Source: Batkoa obscura | Lineage: Eukaryota | NCBI GenBank assembly: GCA_030770535.1 | Contig: JASVEC010000025.1 | Span: forward strand, 744,001-798,264 | DNA: 54,264 nucleotides | Direction: 5' to 3' | In this document: positions 12,201-26,410 of the stretch, in pieces | Position numbering within the stretch: position 1 is the stretch's first letter | Layout of the letters: each line of letters opens with the position of its first letter | Notes under the pieces: model-generated | What the model saw: the letters and a program-made list of their open reading frames with translations, nothing else | Databases searched by the model: none | What the model was told of the DNA's origin: nothing | Translations under genes and position numbers: made by a program

Positions 12201-15200
12201 TGACAGTGCTACTGAAGAATTACGAAGAGAATTGTTGCACAATACATTAAAACCAATTTCATTTACAGACTTAGATAGATTATTACCGGATCGACTATTA
12301 GAAGAATGTAATGTTAAAAAGATATTAAGTGAATTATGTACGTTTAAACCCCCAGAAACGCAAAAGGATTCTGGATTATATACTTTAAAGAAGGAATTTT
12401 ATAAAGAGGTCAACCCTTATTATTTTGTAAGTAATAGGAATGCTCGTGATCATGCTGAACAATTATTGAAGAAGGACTTGGAAAAAACTGAATATTATTC
12501 GGTTCCCTATTTAAAAGAAGTACTAGTTGGACCATTTAAGTTAATTGGTGATATTTTACATGAAAAATGGATGTCTTGTATAATATTTATGACGCTTTAT
12601 CATGCTTTAAAAAAATTCAAATCAAATTCATTATTGAATGATGTGCTTTATTTATATTTAATAGCTGCTCAAGATTTAAATAACTCTATTAATGTAAGAG
12701 ATTTATTTACTCAACCTGAGGATAATGTTGAAGGTCTGTGGACATATACACAAAACCTTGATTTCCCTTTCGAAGATGCAGAAAATGGGGCTCCAACTAC
12801 AAAAACAATTGTTGATTTGCTGTTACTATTTGTCGGAAACTTGGAATTTGAAGCAAGTCATCCAAAAACCTGGCATGTTCTTAGTTTGATCGAAAGATAT
12901 TCAGGTAATGGAGCAAAGAATAAAATAGCAAATTTCCGTAGCACCTTCCAAGCAAGCCTAAAAACAGATTCAAAGGATGTAGAATTTGAAAGAAAGAAAG
13001 CCGAAGCTAAAGCTAGATTAGCAAAAGTAAGACAACATTTTGCATATGAACAAAAGAATTTTATGACAAATCAACAAGCACTTTATGATGATGTTACCCT
13101 TGATGGTGAAGCTTATGTTGAAGGAATAAATAATGAACCAATCGATCAATCAGAGATACCATTTTTAACTGGAAATTGTTTGATATGTGCTGAAGCAGGA
13201 TCGACTAATGACCCTTATGGGATTTTAGCATATGTACAACCATCTAAAATACTTAGTACATTAACATTTGATGAGTTAGATATCATATCTACAGTTAAAT
13301 TAGAAGAGGGACTGTCGTTATTTAAACCAAAACATTTCCCAACTAAAGCACAATGTATTGAGTCATCTAATAAACAAGGAGATTTACAACATCCACCTGG
13401 TACCGATGGTACACAATATGGGTTTCATATATCATCCTGCGGCCATATGTTACATCTTAAATGTATGGATGAGCATTATAAGCAACTAGAACAGAGACTT
13501 AATTCCAACCCAGCACGCTGTCATGTTGAAAATTTAAGTTTACGTGAAATTGTTTGCCCATTATGTAAATCCATATGTAATACCATACTCCCTATAAAGG
13601 GCAACTTAGGAAAAGCACATTGGATGGCGGAATCTAAATTACCTGATGAAGAAGTTTGGTATAATAAATTTAAGAAAGCAACCACAACAGTAATAGATAA
13701 GTTTAATGAAGTTTATCCAGAACAAGCATTAAATAGTCGAACTGCCTTTAATAATCCATTGTTAAGCCCAATTACATCAAAGCCCTTTTATTTTGAAATT
13801 GACCCTCCATTGATTACACCCTTTCAAGGTAATATTCATGTAGGTTTAAATGAACCGTTATCATTGGAAGGTAATCCATTTCCATTTACAGCACTTCAAT
13901 CAAGACGTCGTGCAACAGTATTAAGTCCATCACGTACAGGTTTAATGATTAATGAATTTATGGAAAATATTACTAAAACAATGAATGTAAACAATGGGGA
14001 TCCATTAAAGAATAAACAATTACATGAATATTTTAAGCCACAAAAGCCAACTCAATTAATTAACGAATATAAATTTGATGCAAATGAAGATTTTATCAAT
14101 GGATTATTTAAGTTTATAGATATATTTAGAGTATGTTATTCTCAAAGAGATAAATTACCTCATTATATGTCTTCTTGGAGGGAATATTTCCAATCAAAAA
14201 ATTTATTAGATCCAATAATCAATGGATTGTTATATACAATATCCTTAGTTGAAGTATCTGATCGTACTAAAGAACCTTCTGCTTTATCAATTGAACCTAC
14301 ATTTATTATAGATAGGATACCTAATATTACACATAATTTATTAATAGTATTATGGAATACAATATTAGAAATATCTCAACTTTCAGGTATTAACTTTGAA
14401 CCTTATAATTTTAAAAGAAGTATTAGTCATCTTGGACAAGTTTTTAATTTTTCCAAATTATCTGTATTAAATTGTGATCCATTTCATTTATTGTTAGAAT
14501 TCTCAATGACAATTGTTCCATTGTTTAAATTAGATATTCGTTATATTGTCAAATTATTATTAATGATTGTTGTTACTAAATTAGTTGTTGGCATTTTATC
14601 ATCTGCATTTTCGCCATTACAAGATGAAACAATTGAAGGTGAACCAAACCATGAATTTGAAAAGCCATTATATGATCTATTTCATTTGGTTGCTGTAACT
14701 GGACTTGGTATTCGACCAGGTATTTTTTCACAACTTTGGGAATCAAAAGGTGTTAAATTTTCTTATTCTTTCTTTTATCAAAGTGTACTTGTTTTTATGC
14801 GTAAAGTAGTATTATTTTTAGAAGCAGTCCAAGTACCCCTTTATCGCTCTGAAGATGATTTTGAAGATATAGATGAATTGACTCAGTTACTCAACAGCAT
14901 TTACTTAGAGGATTTCCCTACTTTAATTAAAAATGTATTCCAAAATGAGGAATATAGAAGTTTAATTGTTGAATGGTGTAAATCATATGTAGAAATAAAG
15001 CGTAGGGCTTCAATCTCTTATGAATACCCTTATCCATATAAGTTATTCCCATTACCTGAGGAATTTTATTCTTTGTTTACAGCATGTCGAAACGTAATTT
15101 GTATGAATTGTAATCATCCACCTACCAACCCTGGCATCTGTCTTATTTGTGGTACAGTGATCTGTTTACAAGCTGATTGTTGTCGAGTAGATGAAGAAGG

Positions 15201-15549
15201 AGAAGCTAATCAACATAAACGTGCCTGTGCTGGTACTATAGGCATGTATTTAGGTATCAATTCAGGTTCATTGTTGATGTTCCATCACATCAATGGTTCC
15301 TTTTATTCAGCACCTTACCTTGATTTTCATGGAGAAACAGATATTGAATTAAGGTAATTAATTATTATTATAATGGATTTTGTTTAAATTATATTGATTT
15401 TTATAAATGATAGGCGAGGAAATCAATTGTATTTAAATAAGAAGAGACATGATTATTATTTAAAATTATACTTGAATCATCAAATACCACAAATCATTGG
15501 AAGGCGATTAGAATCTAATATTGATAATGGCGGATGGGAAACATTTTAA
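9258..15549 (+). CDS. UBR1: UBR1-type N-recognin E3 ubiquitin ligase; exons 9258-9562, 9645-15353, 15414-15549
   Basis: UBR box (CGKLFKKGDPVYRCRDC..HEGH..FCGCGD), ClpS-like box, LWVRNG motif, RING-like CGHMLH..CPLCK, C-terminal APYLDFHGETD..LRRG. GT-AG introns restore the frame. Confidence 0.92.
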
Positions 15550-15750
15550 CTGTAAGAAAATTTTAAAAAATATAGCACAAACTAATTCTATTATTTTAAT
15601 AAAATTTTAATAAAATAGCAAAATATAATAAATATTAAAACATTAAAGTGATGTAAGGGAATAATTAGTTTAATTAAAAAAAGTTATAAAAATTAATGGA
15701 ATCTAATAATAATAATAATAATGAATTTTATATAAAATAATTTAAATTAT

Positions 15751-18700
15751 TTAAGTTTTAGTTGATTCATTATTATTATTAACACTATTTGATTTATCCC
15801 CTACTAAAAGCCAACCTAAGTCTGAGCCTCCTTCTTCATTTTCAGATAATACTGACGTATTTGTTAAATTTTCACTTTTTTTTTCACTTTCCTTATTTAG
15901 CCTTGAACGTGAATATTCTAAATCCCTGTATATAAAATTAATAGCATTTTCAACTCCATTTTCCTAATTAACAAATAAATAAACATTTCAATCTATTAAA
16001 TATAATATAATAACTTACGGATCTAATCTGTCTCCCTACTAATGAAGCTTTTTCTACCATCCTTGGTTCAGAGATATCTTTCAGTGCTTGTACTAATTTA
16101 TTCAAAGTAAGTTTCTTTAAATAAATGCCCACTCCCATACGCTCTACTTGCATGGCCCAAAAATATTGATCTCCAAAGAAGGGTTTAATAATGCAAGGCA
16201 CCCCAGCCCTTAATCCAGCAGCAGTCGTACCAGCACCACCATGATGCATCACACCAGCTACTTTAGGAAATAACCAATCATGGGGTACAGAATCTATGCG
16301 TAATACATTTTTAGGGTATTCAATTGGTTCAAAATTCTCTTTATCTTTAATCATTCTGCTTGACCATCCTTCAGATAGTAATATCTTAACGTTAGTCTCA
16401 ACGGCTGCATTGATAATAGTCTGTATTGTTTCTCTTGGATCGGGTACTGTTATAGAACCAAAACCAATATATATTGGTTTATCTCCATTGAACAAGAAAT
16501 CATTAAGCTCGTCCGACGGTATCCAACCTGGGTTGGGGTCATCTAAGAAAAAGAAACCACAACAATGGATCCAGTCATGCCAATCAAAAGGTGGTGGTGC
16601 TATTGCTGGTGAAAATGAATACAAATAAGGTACACGATGTTGATTGAGTTGTTCAAGAGAAGTCGAACTTAAGTTTAACGATTTCTTTCGCCAATTATTA
16701 ATCTGCCATGAAGTACCCTTCCAAAGCACTTGCTCAATAAGCACATATGTCATATAATTATAAGATCCTCCCATCTGATGCTCGGGTATAGCAAATGGAT
16801 GTGGAAATGCTCTGGTACGTGTCCATGGCATTGTAAAACAACCAAAGAAGGGGATATTTAATTTTTCAGCAATATGAATACCAGCCATTGCTGTTGGTGA
16901 TTCAAGTAAAATATCTGTGTTTTGGCATGCCTCCCAGCTTGATTCTAGTAACTCATCGATCCAGCCCCTAAACTTTGATACACCTTCTTTCCAAAATGAT
17001 ATTGATAGCATACCATTATCAACACATAACTTTATCAATTCTCCTGGATCTCCAGCAATCACTCGAAACTCAATACCATGGCTTTCGACCCAATCTTTAT
17101 ATTCAGCATGTGTAGCAATACGGCATGTATGTCCATGCTTCATTAGCCCTTTACATAGAGCAATAAATGGCTGTACATCACCACGTGTACCAATGGTTAG
17201 GCAAGTGATATGCATTGGACCACAAGGTGGTTTGTTTGATAGCAATTGATTGACTCTGTTAGGATTCTTTGGGATAATAGGTAGATTTGTACTGTGTACA
17301 TCGTATTCCTGTATCCATCTATTATTTTGGCTTATTATGCTTCCTGTTTCTGCTTCATTGTCATCTATTCTAGCTATATCATTAACATTGTTATTAGAAT
17401 TTAGATTGCTATCTTCATGTGATAATTGTTTCATTCGTTCAAGTAAAATATCAATTATTTTATCGCGAGTTTTTGAAGATCGAAATTCTAAAAAGATTTC
17501 TTGTGAACTAATTGTTTCAATAGACAATCCATGATGTAATAAACGTAATCCAGGTTGATTCTGAACCAGTCTTAGATCGGATATTGGTATCATGACTTTA
17601 ATTGTCATTCCTACTAATCGGGAGTAAAAACACACAAAATTTTGAGTAATAATCAATCTTCCCCATCTAGGTACTACTCTCAATAGTAAACAACCTGAGG
17701 TACATAAAACAGTTTCAGTACTTGGTAAAGCAAATTCTTTAAACACTGTTTCTTCACTAGGTAAAAATGTTTCAAGTGTAGGTGTATTGATATTTGGAAA
17801 GTTAAAAAAGGAAGCTGATTGTTCATTATTTTCTGATAAATAGTTATCAAATGGGGAGGATGATAATGCAGTTTCTAAATTTTCATCAGAATTTGTTTTA
17901 TTATTTGAATCCATCGAATGAGATTTACTAATACTATTTCCTTTAAGGGTTGAGGCTAAATTAGGTAATTTAAGCCAATTACTAAACTTGAAATCTAAAC
18001 TTGACCCCTTTGAATGCCTCTTTTTTAGCTTTTCGTTTGAAGATTGACTCTTTAATTCTTCTTTTTCTTGCATTTTTTCATTTTCGCTTTCGTTCTTCTT
18101 TTCAATCTGCTTGTTGTTTTTTGTTTCATTTTCATCTTCATCATCACTATGATTAGCATCTGATAAAACTTCTTTAAACACCATAAAGTCATCTGGATTA
18201 AAATCTGAAAATGAACTTCTTCTTGAACTAGAAGCTGATTTTGTATTTTTACCGAATCTTAATTGTCTGGGAACAAATTTGAGAATTGATTTTGGACTAA
18301 GTAACCCTTCCTCTTTATTGTCTTCACTATTCAATGCATCATCTAAATCCTCGTGCCCTTGGGAATCAATTGTCAGTAAAGGTAATGATCTTAAAGCATT
18401 ATTTTGATCATCTTCAAGGTTTGAATCGTTATTCCCATGATCGAATGGAATTCCTTTTATATTTTTGAAATTTTGTGATTTTGGGTTCTTAATATAATAT
18501 TCTTTTACAATTTCTTGACAACATTTTAATGCTTCTTTTCCTTTTTCAAAAAATACAAAATAGTGCTAAATTAGATAAATTATATTGTGGATTATATAAA
18601 TATGAATAAACTTACATCATCCATTGCAAAATTAGCTTCAACCGATTTAATTCTCAATGTTTCGGCAAAATTAAAAGTTGGGTTTAATTCAGCATCAACT

Positions 18701-19904
18701 ATTGAATTTATAGGGATAACAATCTAACATAATAATAATCAATACAACATATATTAATATTACTTATAATATTACTTTAATATGATCACTATGTTTTGCT
18801 TTAAATACTGCTTTTTTAATAGCATTGATCCTAAATGATATTATTAATTAATTAACTGATATAATATTGTTAATTACCATTCTTTTAATGAAACTTCAGT
18901 ATCTGTTTGTAAAGAATGTTTTTTGTTGACTGTTATTATTTTAAATCCGAAGGGCTTTGAATTTGATCGTTGAATAGAAAGCACTGACTTTAAATCAATC
19001 ATCCCATAAGGACAGTAAACATCCTAACACATTAATATGTTATCATAATTACTAAACAATAAAATACCAATGAGTTTTCGAAATATGAAAGTGAATAATC
19101 TCTTAATACAAACCAATATACTGAAGAGTACGCTGCATTAGCTTTGCGTGTTAAAAATCCTGATTTAATAACTTCATTCTAAATTAAGCTTAATTAAAGT
19201 CTAATTAATTTGCAAAATACATACTGTTTTTCTAGGAATATTTGCATAATATAGGAGATGGTTTTTAGTAACATATAAATTCCCTTGTAATAATACACTA
19301 CTCATTAACCAGCAAGGGAATTCTATGTTTTGATTGTTTTAATAAGACAAAAGTTTAATTTTAGATTATTGTGTATTACCTTTCATTAATTCCTCTGCCT
19401 TATTTAATGAAAATATGGACTGAATCTTCTCTCCTAATGTTTTTTTATGATAATCTATTGCAGCTTGTTTTTTTATTTCTGATGATGACGTTTTATTTTC
19501 TTTAAATTGGTCAAATATTTCATTTGGTAATAAACTATCGATGGAAGAAGTACGCATCATACTAGGCTTCCTTGCTTTTAAATGGATTAATTTTTGAAAT
19601 GTTCAATTTAAAAAGTGAATTACTTTCTTGTTTAAGATTAAATGTTTTCTTATTATTAAATATATTCATTGTTTTACTATTTTTTCGAGGAAAATATCTG
19701 TCATTAATTTTGTTTTCCTTTTCAGTATCCTTTTCAGTATCCTTTTCAATACTGTTTATATCATTATAGTCATTCTCATTTTTATTTATTTGATTTCCAT
19801 CAAACTCTTGTTCTTCCTAATATAGTTAGTAACTACTTAACTACAATTTATCCTATTACCATTCTGGAAGCCACATTCAAAAAATTGATCATAGACGAGT
19901 TCAT
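15751..19904 (-). CDS. ATG26: Sterol 3-beta-glucosyltransferase (PH/GRAM + GT1), multi-exon
   Basis: TIGTRGDVQPFIAL, YIGFGSI, VPHDWLF, HHGGAGTTAAGLRAG, PFFGDQ. Upstream exons give EFPCWL..VLLQG and a PH-like segment. Start 19904 inferred from the splice pattern; last exon 15963-15751. Confidence 0.9.
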
Positions 19905-20802
19905 TTTATATATAAAACTTAAATATAATTAATTAAAAGCTGATGCCAAGTAACATTCTTAGTAATTTTTTATTGTTGAATTCCTATGCTTTTTATTATC
20001 AATTACTCTGGTTGTTTATTGGCTAAACAAATAACTTTAAATCATTCACGTGTGACCTAATTTTAATGAATGCCACGATTTGGCTTTAAATCATAATTCC
20101 TTATAATATTCTATTTTGCATTAAAGAAAATTATTTATTATATCCTAAGTATACAGCAAGTTTATAAAGATTAACTTTTATCCGGGCATGATCTTTAAAT
20201 TTAATAATTTTAATATCATCTGGTAATTTAAAGTCTTTTATTAAGCAAAACTATTTACAACATTACCTAAATATAAAAAGTATGACAATTAAAGAACATA
20301 TTCAATACTAATTAAACATCAAATGTGATTTTAAAGCAATTGTTATGGTAAATTATATTTAAAATAACCAAAATCTATTGATTGTATTAGGTATGTAACA
20401 CTTGATAAACTTTTAAAGTGTAAATATTCGTTTTAGTATTATAGAATAAGTGTTAAATAAATAATAATGTTTCAATTTTACACAAAAACTGTTCAATTTC
20501 GATATACAATCTTTCACCAAACCCACAAGCCTGATTTAGTATATTATTAATTCAAAACGAATAGTTTATTATTATAGTATTTAAATTTTCTCTTCAACTT
20601 ACTAATTAGTTACTGTAAAGTTTATTTCAATAAGTATTTACAGATGGTTTTGTAAAGTAAGATGAAAGTGGCCTCTGTCTGACTTGATCACATTTTATGT
20701 GACCCTTGACCTGAAAGATTCCAAATATTTTTTTAAAAATACAAATTATATTATTATAATTTCAAAATGCTTTTATTTTTTATTTCTATTAAAGATTCGC
20801 GA

Positions 20803-21477
20803 TCATTTATTTTTACAAAAGACAACAAAAAAGATTTTACTACACTTTTTGCCCTCTTCACATGCCTGACTAATAAAGCGGCCATTAAAACAAGTTTGAA
20901 CTTTGCCATCTGGTGAGCACTTCTTTTCTTTACCTTCGCAAGCATCAAATGGGGGTGAAGGAGGAGGGCGAAAGCTTGAAACACCTCTTTGGTTAAATCC
21001 ACTTTGTGTAGGATTTTGGAAACTTGGATTAAAGCCACTACTTTGACTTCCAAATTGGTTTCCAGAAGGAGGTACTGAGCCAAATGGGTTTTGAAAATTA
21101 TTTCCAGTTTGACCAAATGAGTTTTGACTAGTAGGAACACCTTGAAATCCAAAATCTCCTTGTGGGGTATTAAATAAAGGATTCCTTTGAAAATTTTGGA
21201 ATCCACCAGGGCTATTAGCTGCGATAGGAAAGGTAAATGACCTTCCTTTTCCAGATTCGATTCCTTCTGATTCGTTCTCGTCAGTAATTAAGTCATCACC
21301 TTCGCTTTCAGTGGTAAATACTTCACCATCCTCTTTTTTTATTTCAGCTGGAATAACTGGTTTCTCTTCAACTGTTACTGAATCCTGTGGTATTAGATTA
21401 TTATTTAAAGGAATAGCATCGCTATTAGCCTTAACCAGTAAGGTAGTTAAACATAAAATAAGTAAGTGATATTTCAT
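20803..21477 (-). CDS. Secreted protein: acidic and Q/N/F/G-rich low-complexity regions plus a C-terminal Cys domain (CBM19-like)
   Basis: Signal peptide MKYHLLILCLTTLLVKA; CEGKEKKCSPDGKVQTCFNGRFISQACEEGKKC. The true 3' end may be spliced to a segment near 20631-20715 (..HIKCD..). Confidence 0.65.
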   Translation of the reverse strand: MKYHLLILCLTTLLVKANSDAIPLNNNLIPQDSVTVEEKPVIPAEIKKEDGEVFTTESEGDDLITDENESEGIESGKGRSFTFPIAANSPGGFQNFQRNPLFNTPQGDFGFQGVPTSQNSFGQTGNNFQNPFGSVPPSGNQFGSQSSGFNPSFQNPTQSGFNQRGVSSFRPPPSPPFDACEGKEKKCSPDGKVQTCFNGRFISQACEEGKKCSKIFFVVFCKNK

Positions 21478-21970
21478 AGTGTTATTATAAAATAAATAGA
21501 ATATATTTTATTTGAGTTGTATTTAAATAATAATTATATTTTCATATTTAGATTATTTTAATTTTATGTTCATCCTATTATTAGTTCTAACCCTGTATAT
21601 CATTACTATAATAAAAATATTAAAATACAATTAATTTGGCTGAAGTTGGAATTGAAATTTAAGTTTTGTAGTATAAAATTGATAGCAAAAGCTATTATCA
21701 AAGTTTACTATTGATCAACATAAAATATTAGAAAATCTTCAAAACTTAAATTGTTAAAAATAATTAACTAATAAAAAATTATAACATATTTATAATGATC
21801 TATATGCTTAATAACAATTTAAAATAACAAAATAATTAAAAATAATTAAATATATTTAAATGTTTATTTTTGAGGTCTTATTAAAAGAATTACTTTATAT
21901 AACAAGTGCTAAATTTATAGCTTATATTTTATTTTGATTGAGAAGTCTAATTTTTATAAATATAAATTAT

Positions 21971-24405
21971 TTAATCAATATCCATATCGTCTTGTTCTTG
22001 TTTTGGCTCTTCTGTAGCTTTTTCTGGCGATTGTTCACCTGAAGCTGGTTTAGGTTCTTCTAATTTAGGGGCTGGTTTGGGTTTACTTAAAATTGGATTA
22101 GCTAAATATTGTAATTGATCTTGGCTTTGTTTGATTTGTGCAGAAGTGACCTTTGGTGTCTCGTATTTTGGTAAACTTTCAATGGTAGCTAATTCTGCCT
22201 TTAACCATTTTTCAAGTTCATTACATTTATTAACAATCTTTTCAAGTTCTTCTGGTGCAATGTGATCATATTTTACATCGCCGCCAATAGCTAAATTACG
22301 GTAACGTTCAATTTCCTTTTTGAGGTTTTCAGCAGCAAATGGACGTTGGCTTGATTCACGATATCTAGCAATAACTGGTGCTCCTATTTGATTTAATTCT
22401 TCAATTTTGGATACATAAACACTCTTGGTAGTGTCTTCACCATCGCCGTATAACCAATCTTCAACTTCATTTAAGGAAGCAATAAATGAATCTTTAATAG
22501 TTGGGTCAATATAACTAGAATAAGCTCCACTAAGTTTTGAACGAGTATCATAAACATATTCTTCTAAAGCATTCTTAGCATGTTCAGTATCGGTGACTAA
22601 TTTATCTGAAGCATACATATCATTTTCAGCTTCTTTATAACGGCCAAGGATATTTTCATCAAGGCTGTTAGTTTGACTAACAACTGGAAGGTCATGTTTT
22701 TTAATAACCTTTTTGGTTTTTGGTGGGTCTTCTGGGTTATCACCTTCGGCTGGCTCTTCAGTTTGAATGATTTCTTCAGCAATGTGAGCTGATTCAACAT
22801 TAATGACACCGTGAAGATTGACTCTAGCTTTAACTTTTACGGTTGAAAGTTCACCATCTTTAAGGGAAGTAACATTCTTTACAGAGAAAGTTCCGATCCA
22901 TGGGTTAGTACCAGCTGGTAGTTTCTTTGGATTGGAATAATTAGCTTGGAACTCAAATGGTTCTTTACGGTAGAAAGTTAAAATCTTTGAGCTTGGTACT
23001 GGGTTTTTGAAACTGAAAACATCGACTTCAGAATCAGCACCTCCTTCAGTAGAAGTCCAAGTGAATTTAACTGGGAGATTAAGGATATCAGTAACTGAGA
23101 AATCACGTACCTTAAAGACAGGTGAGAGGATAGCACATTGAAGAGCACAACCACGAGAAACAGCTTCATCTTGATTAAGGGTGAAGCTTAATTCTTTTCC
23201 TAAAAGAGATGAAATTTTTTCTTTGACAGTTGGGATACGACTAGTTCCGCCTACAATCTCAACACTGTAAATTTGATCGGTGCTCCATCCAACTTCAGCA
23301 ATAACATCTGAAAGTGGTTTAGCGAGACGTTCTAATTGATCTTGAATCAATTCTTCAAATTCTTCTCTCTTCATTAAAGCAGATACATCCCTATCCTCCA
23401 TAATAGATTCAATGTTAAGTGGAGCTTGGCTGTTAGCAGAAAGAACTTTCTTTAATTTTTCTACTCCAGTACGAAGACGGAAGGTAGCTTTAGGGTTGCT
23501 AAGAATATCGATCTTATATTTTTCTTTGAAAACTTGAGCAAAGTGATTGACTAAAAGTTCATCGATATAACGACCACCTACTTTGTTATCATAAGAAGTA
23601 GCTTTAACATTGAGCTGACCTTTAAGATATGAAACAGCAGCAACTGAATAAGAAGAATGACCAACATCAACGATAATAACGTTACGTGGTTCAGTTTCTG
23701 GTAAATCAGTCTTGGTGATACCATAACCAAGAGCAGAAGCAGTGATTTCGTTCATAATTCTCAAGCAGTTGAGGTTAGCGATTTGACAAGCGTCTAAAAG
23801 AGCACGTCTCTGTCTATCATTAAACCATCCAGGAACTGAGACTACAACATCAGAGCATGGAAGTTTAAGTTCATTTGCAGCAGTATCACGAAGCTTTCCG
23901 AGATACATACCCATAAGTTGAGTGGCAGTGAAGGTAGTTGGTTCTCCTTTAAAGTTAACTTTAACACCAACTTGTCCATCAACATCAACAAGTTCACCAT
24001 TGATAAATCTCTTTTCTACTTCGATTTCTGGGTCATTGAAAGATCTACCAATGATACGCTTTAAAGAACCAATAGTATTTTTGAAGTTGGAAACTTCCTA
24101 TTATTAACTTAATAAAAAGAATATTCAAAATAAAAAAATAAAAACCTGAGTTTTGGCAGATTCACCAATATATCTTTGTTTAGTACCGAATGAAACTAAA
24201 GAACTAAATAACATTAATATCTTATTTTCAATGCTAGTATTATAACTTACGGTGTATCACGGTTGGATACTTCATTAGTGATAACATCGATACCACGATT
24301 TCTAGCAACAGCAATGTAAGAAGAAAGATTACCTAAGTCAATACCTAATAATGGTTAGGGCTATGTATGTATTGTAATAATAATGGACGTACCAACAACT
24401 GACAT
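21971..24405 (-). CDS. SSE1: Hsp110-family chaperone / nucleotide exchange factor, 4 exons
   Basis: [65 protein letters not shown]-terminal DDMDID. Confidence 0.95.
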
Positions 24406-24496
24406 TTTTTTTAATTTTTAGTGTAAAACTATTTTAATGAAAAACAGAAGTTTAAATATCTTATATATTTTTTAACTTCGAGCCTTCCAATTATAT

Positions 24497-24620
24497 TTCG
24501 AGAACAAAATCAAATCATATAGATTTCAGAACAATTTTAGTGCTTTTAATTTGATAAAATTTAATTCTTTTACCCTTTTGAAATTCATTAATTCGGCTTT
24601 TTCTTTCTAGTAAATTCTAG
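24497..24620. promoter_or_regulatory. Probable heat-shock elements upstream of Hsp110
   Basis: TTCgaGAA at 24497-24504 and TTCtaGTAaaTTCtaGAG near 24605-24622; imperfect nGAAn arrays 90-210 bp upstream of the ATG. Confidence 0.45.
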
Positions 24621-25548
24621 AGGTGAAATTAGAGTAAAAGTGGTAACTCAAAATGCTCACCTTTTTCAATTGATTCAATTGGGAATGTTTTTTTAGCTTC
24701 AATATTTTGTCCATTTTTTAAGAACTGCTGAGTAAAAAGGTTCTTATCAGAATTCTTATATAAAAAACATAGCCTATTATTTGCATTAACCTTAACTATT
24801 TATTCACAGTGAGCATGATACTGTATTACTCTATTATTTTGTAAAATACTATAAAGTATTAATAAAAAGGTATCCAAAACGATATAATATTAAAGTGATC
24901 CTTTCAACCTGATGTATTTATATTAAATGATGCATTACTACTCTCAAATTAAAATAAAACTATCATGATAAATATTTTTTAGTTTTAATACTAAATTAAC
25001 AACATAAAGTATTATATATAGATATTTCTTAGAAACTTTAAATTGATAAAATTAGATAATCAGACTGTATTTTTAATATAATAAAGTTTGTCAAAATGAA
25101 ATTAAAGAGTTAAATATGTTTCAGATAGATTTATACCATATTAAAATATTTATTCAAAATAAGTCCTTTATAAATAACATTATATTAAAATCATATAAAA
25201 TACTAAAGTATTAATTAAAAACTCAAATGTGCAATTAAATATTACTAATGTTATATTATTGCTTCAAACACAACTTTTATACTTATTTATGATTTGACAT
25301 TTTATTTATAATATTATTGATGGCGGATTTCAAAATTTAAACTTTGATTTTCAAATATACTTAAAATAGAAAATACTTTTAGAAATGAAATGATTCCAAA
25401 TAAATGTATTTAAATTTAAATGATAGTCAACTGAGATAAGCATATTTATAAATAAAATAAAATAAAATGAAACATTGTAAAATAGGTCTATATAAATACA
25501 AGTGGAAGTGTATGATGATAATTAAACTTCTGGAAAGTTAATTTTAGA

Positions 25549-26088
25549 ATGAGATTAAACAATTCATATTTCATATTAATAACTACCGCCTTATTACAAG
25601 GTACACTGTTGGCCGAAAAGGCACAAAAGGCGGAAAATGCATCAGAAATAGCTAAAAACATGCCTCCACCTCCAGGAAGAGGTAGTTGTTCAAGAGATGG
25701 CGATATGTTTTGTAATGGACAAGGTTTTGACACATGTGATCATGGCCAATTAGTTTATAGAGCTTGTGCACCTGGAACTACATGTAGACAAATTAAACCA
25801 ACTACAATCCTTTGTGATTATCCACAAAGAATAATGCCTCCTCGCCCAGATCCTTATGACAATCCTCCTCGTCCAGATCCTTATGACAATCCTCCTCGTC
25901 CAGACCCATACGGTCCTCCTCGTCCTGATCCATATGGTCCACCTCGTCCAGACCCATACGGTCCACCTCGTCATGATCCATACGGTCCTCCACCACGTCC
26001 TGATCCATATGGTTCTCCACGTCCTGATCCATATGGTCCTCCACCACGTCCTGATCCATATAATCCTCCACCACCTCCAAATTACTGA
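25549..26088 (+). CDS. Secreted Cys-domain (CBM19-like) protein with a Pro/Tyr-rich tandem-repeat tail
   Basis: Signal peptide; CSRDGDMFCNGQGFDTCDHGQLVYRACAPGTTC..ILCD; about 10 PPRPDPY(G/DN) repeats; TATA box near 25489. Confidence 0.8.
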   Translation: MRLNNSYFILITTALLQGTLLAEKAQKAENASEIAKNMPPPPGRGSCSRDGDMFCNGQGFDTCDHGQLVYRACAPGTTCRQIKPTTILCDYPQRIMPPRPDPYDNPPRPDPYDNPPRPDPYGPPRPDPYGPPRPDPYGPPRHDPYGPPPRPDPYGSPRPDPYGPPPRPDPYNPPPPPNY

Positions 26089-26410
26089 TTTAAAATATTA
26101 AATGGAACCCATTTTTAATACTTTATTTTTTTTCATTATTAGTTATACTACAATTTACGCTATCCTTAGCATTAATAAACGTTTATGATATTAAATAGTA
26201 GCCATTGAATTTTTATTTTAAAGTTAAGGTCTTTACAATATTTTTGTATTTAGTGAGTTGCTAATTATTATGAATTATAGATGAAGTCTATAAATTCATG
26301 ATGACGATATTATTTAAATTATGAGTTTTTTTTATTTGTTGTCAATTATCATCTGATTATTGAAATATGTATATAAAGCGATTATACTTGTATTATTTTT
26401 TATTTCTAAT

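Noticed and set aside
16296..17534. Antisense or overlapping ORFs within ATG26 (also within Hsp110, AAC, Sec7 and trypsin)
   Set aside because: Shadow ORFs of well-supported genes, with no recognisable motifs.
19562..19623. Apparent frameshift or premature stop near the 5' end of ATG26
   Set aside because: A 49-nt GTAATT...AAAG intron (19623-19575) restores the frame (..QETRKPSMMR..).
25838..26070. Regular short repeats resembling a CRISPR array
   Set aside because: These are coding tandem repeats with no unique spacers, in a eukaryotic context with no cas genes.
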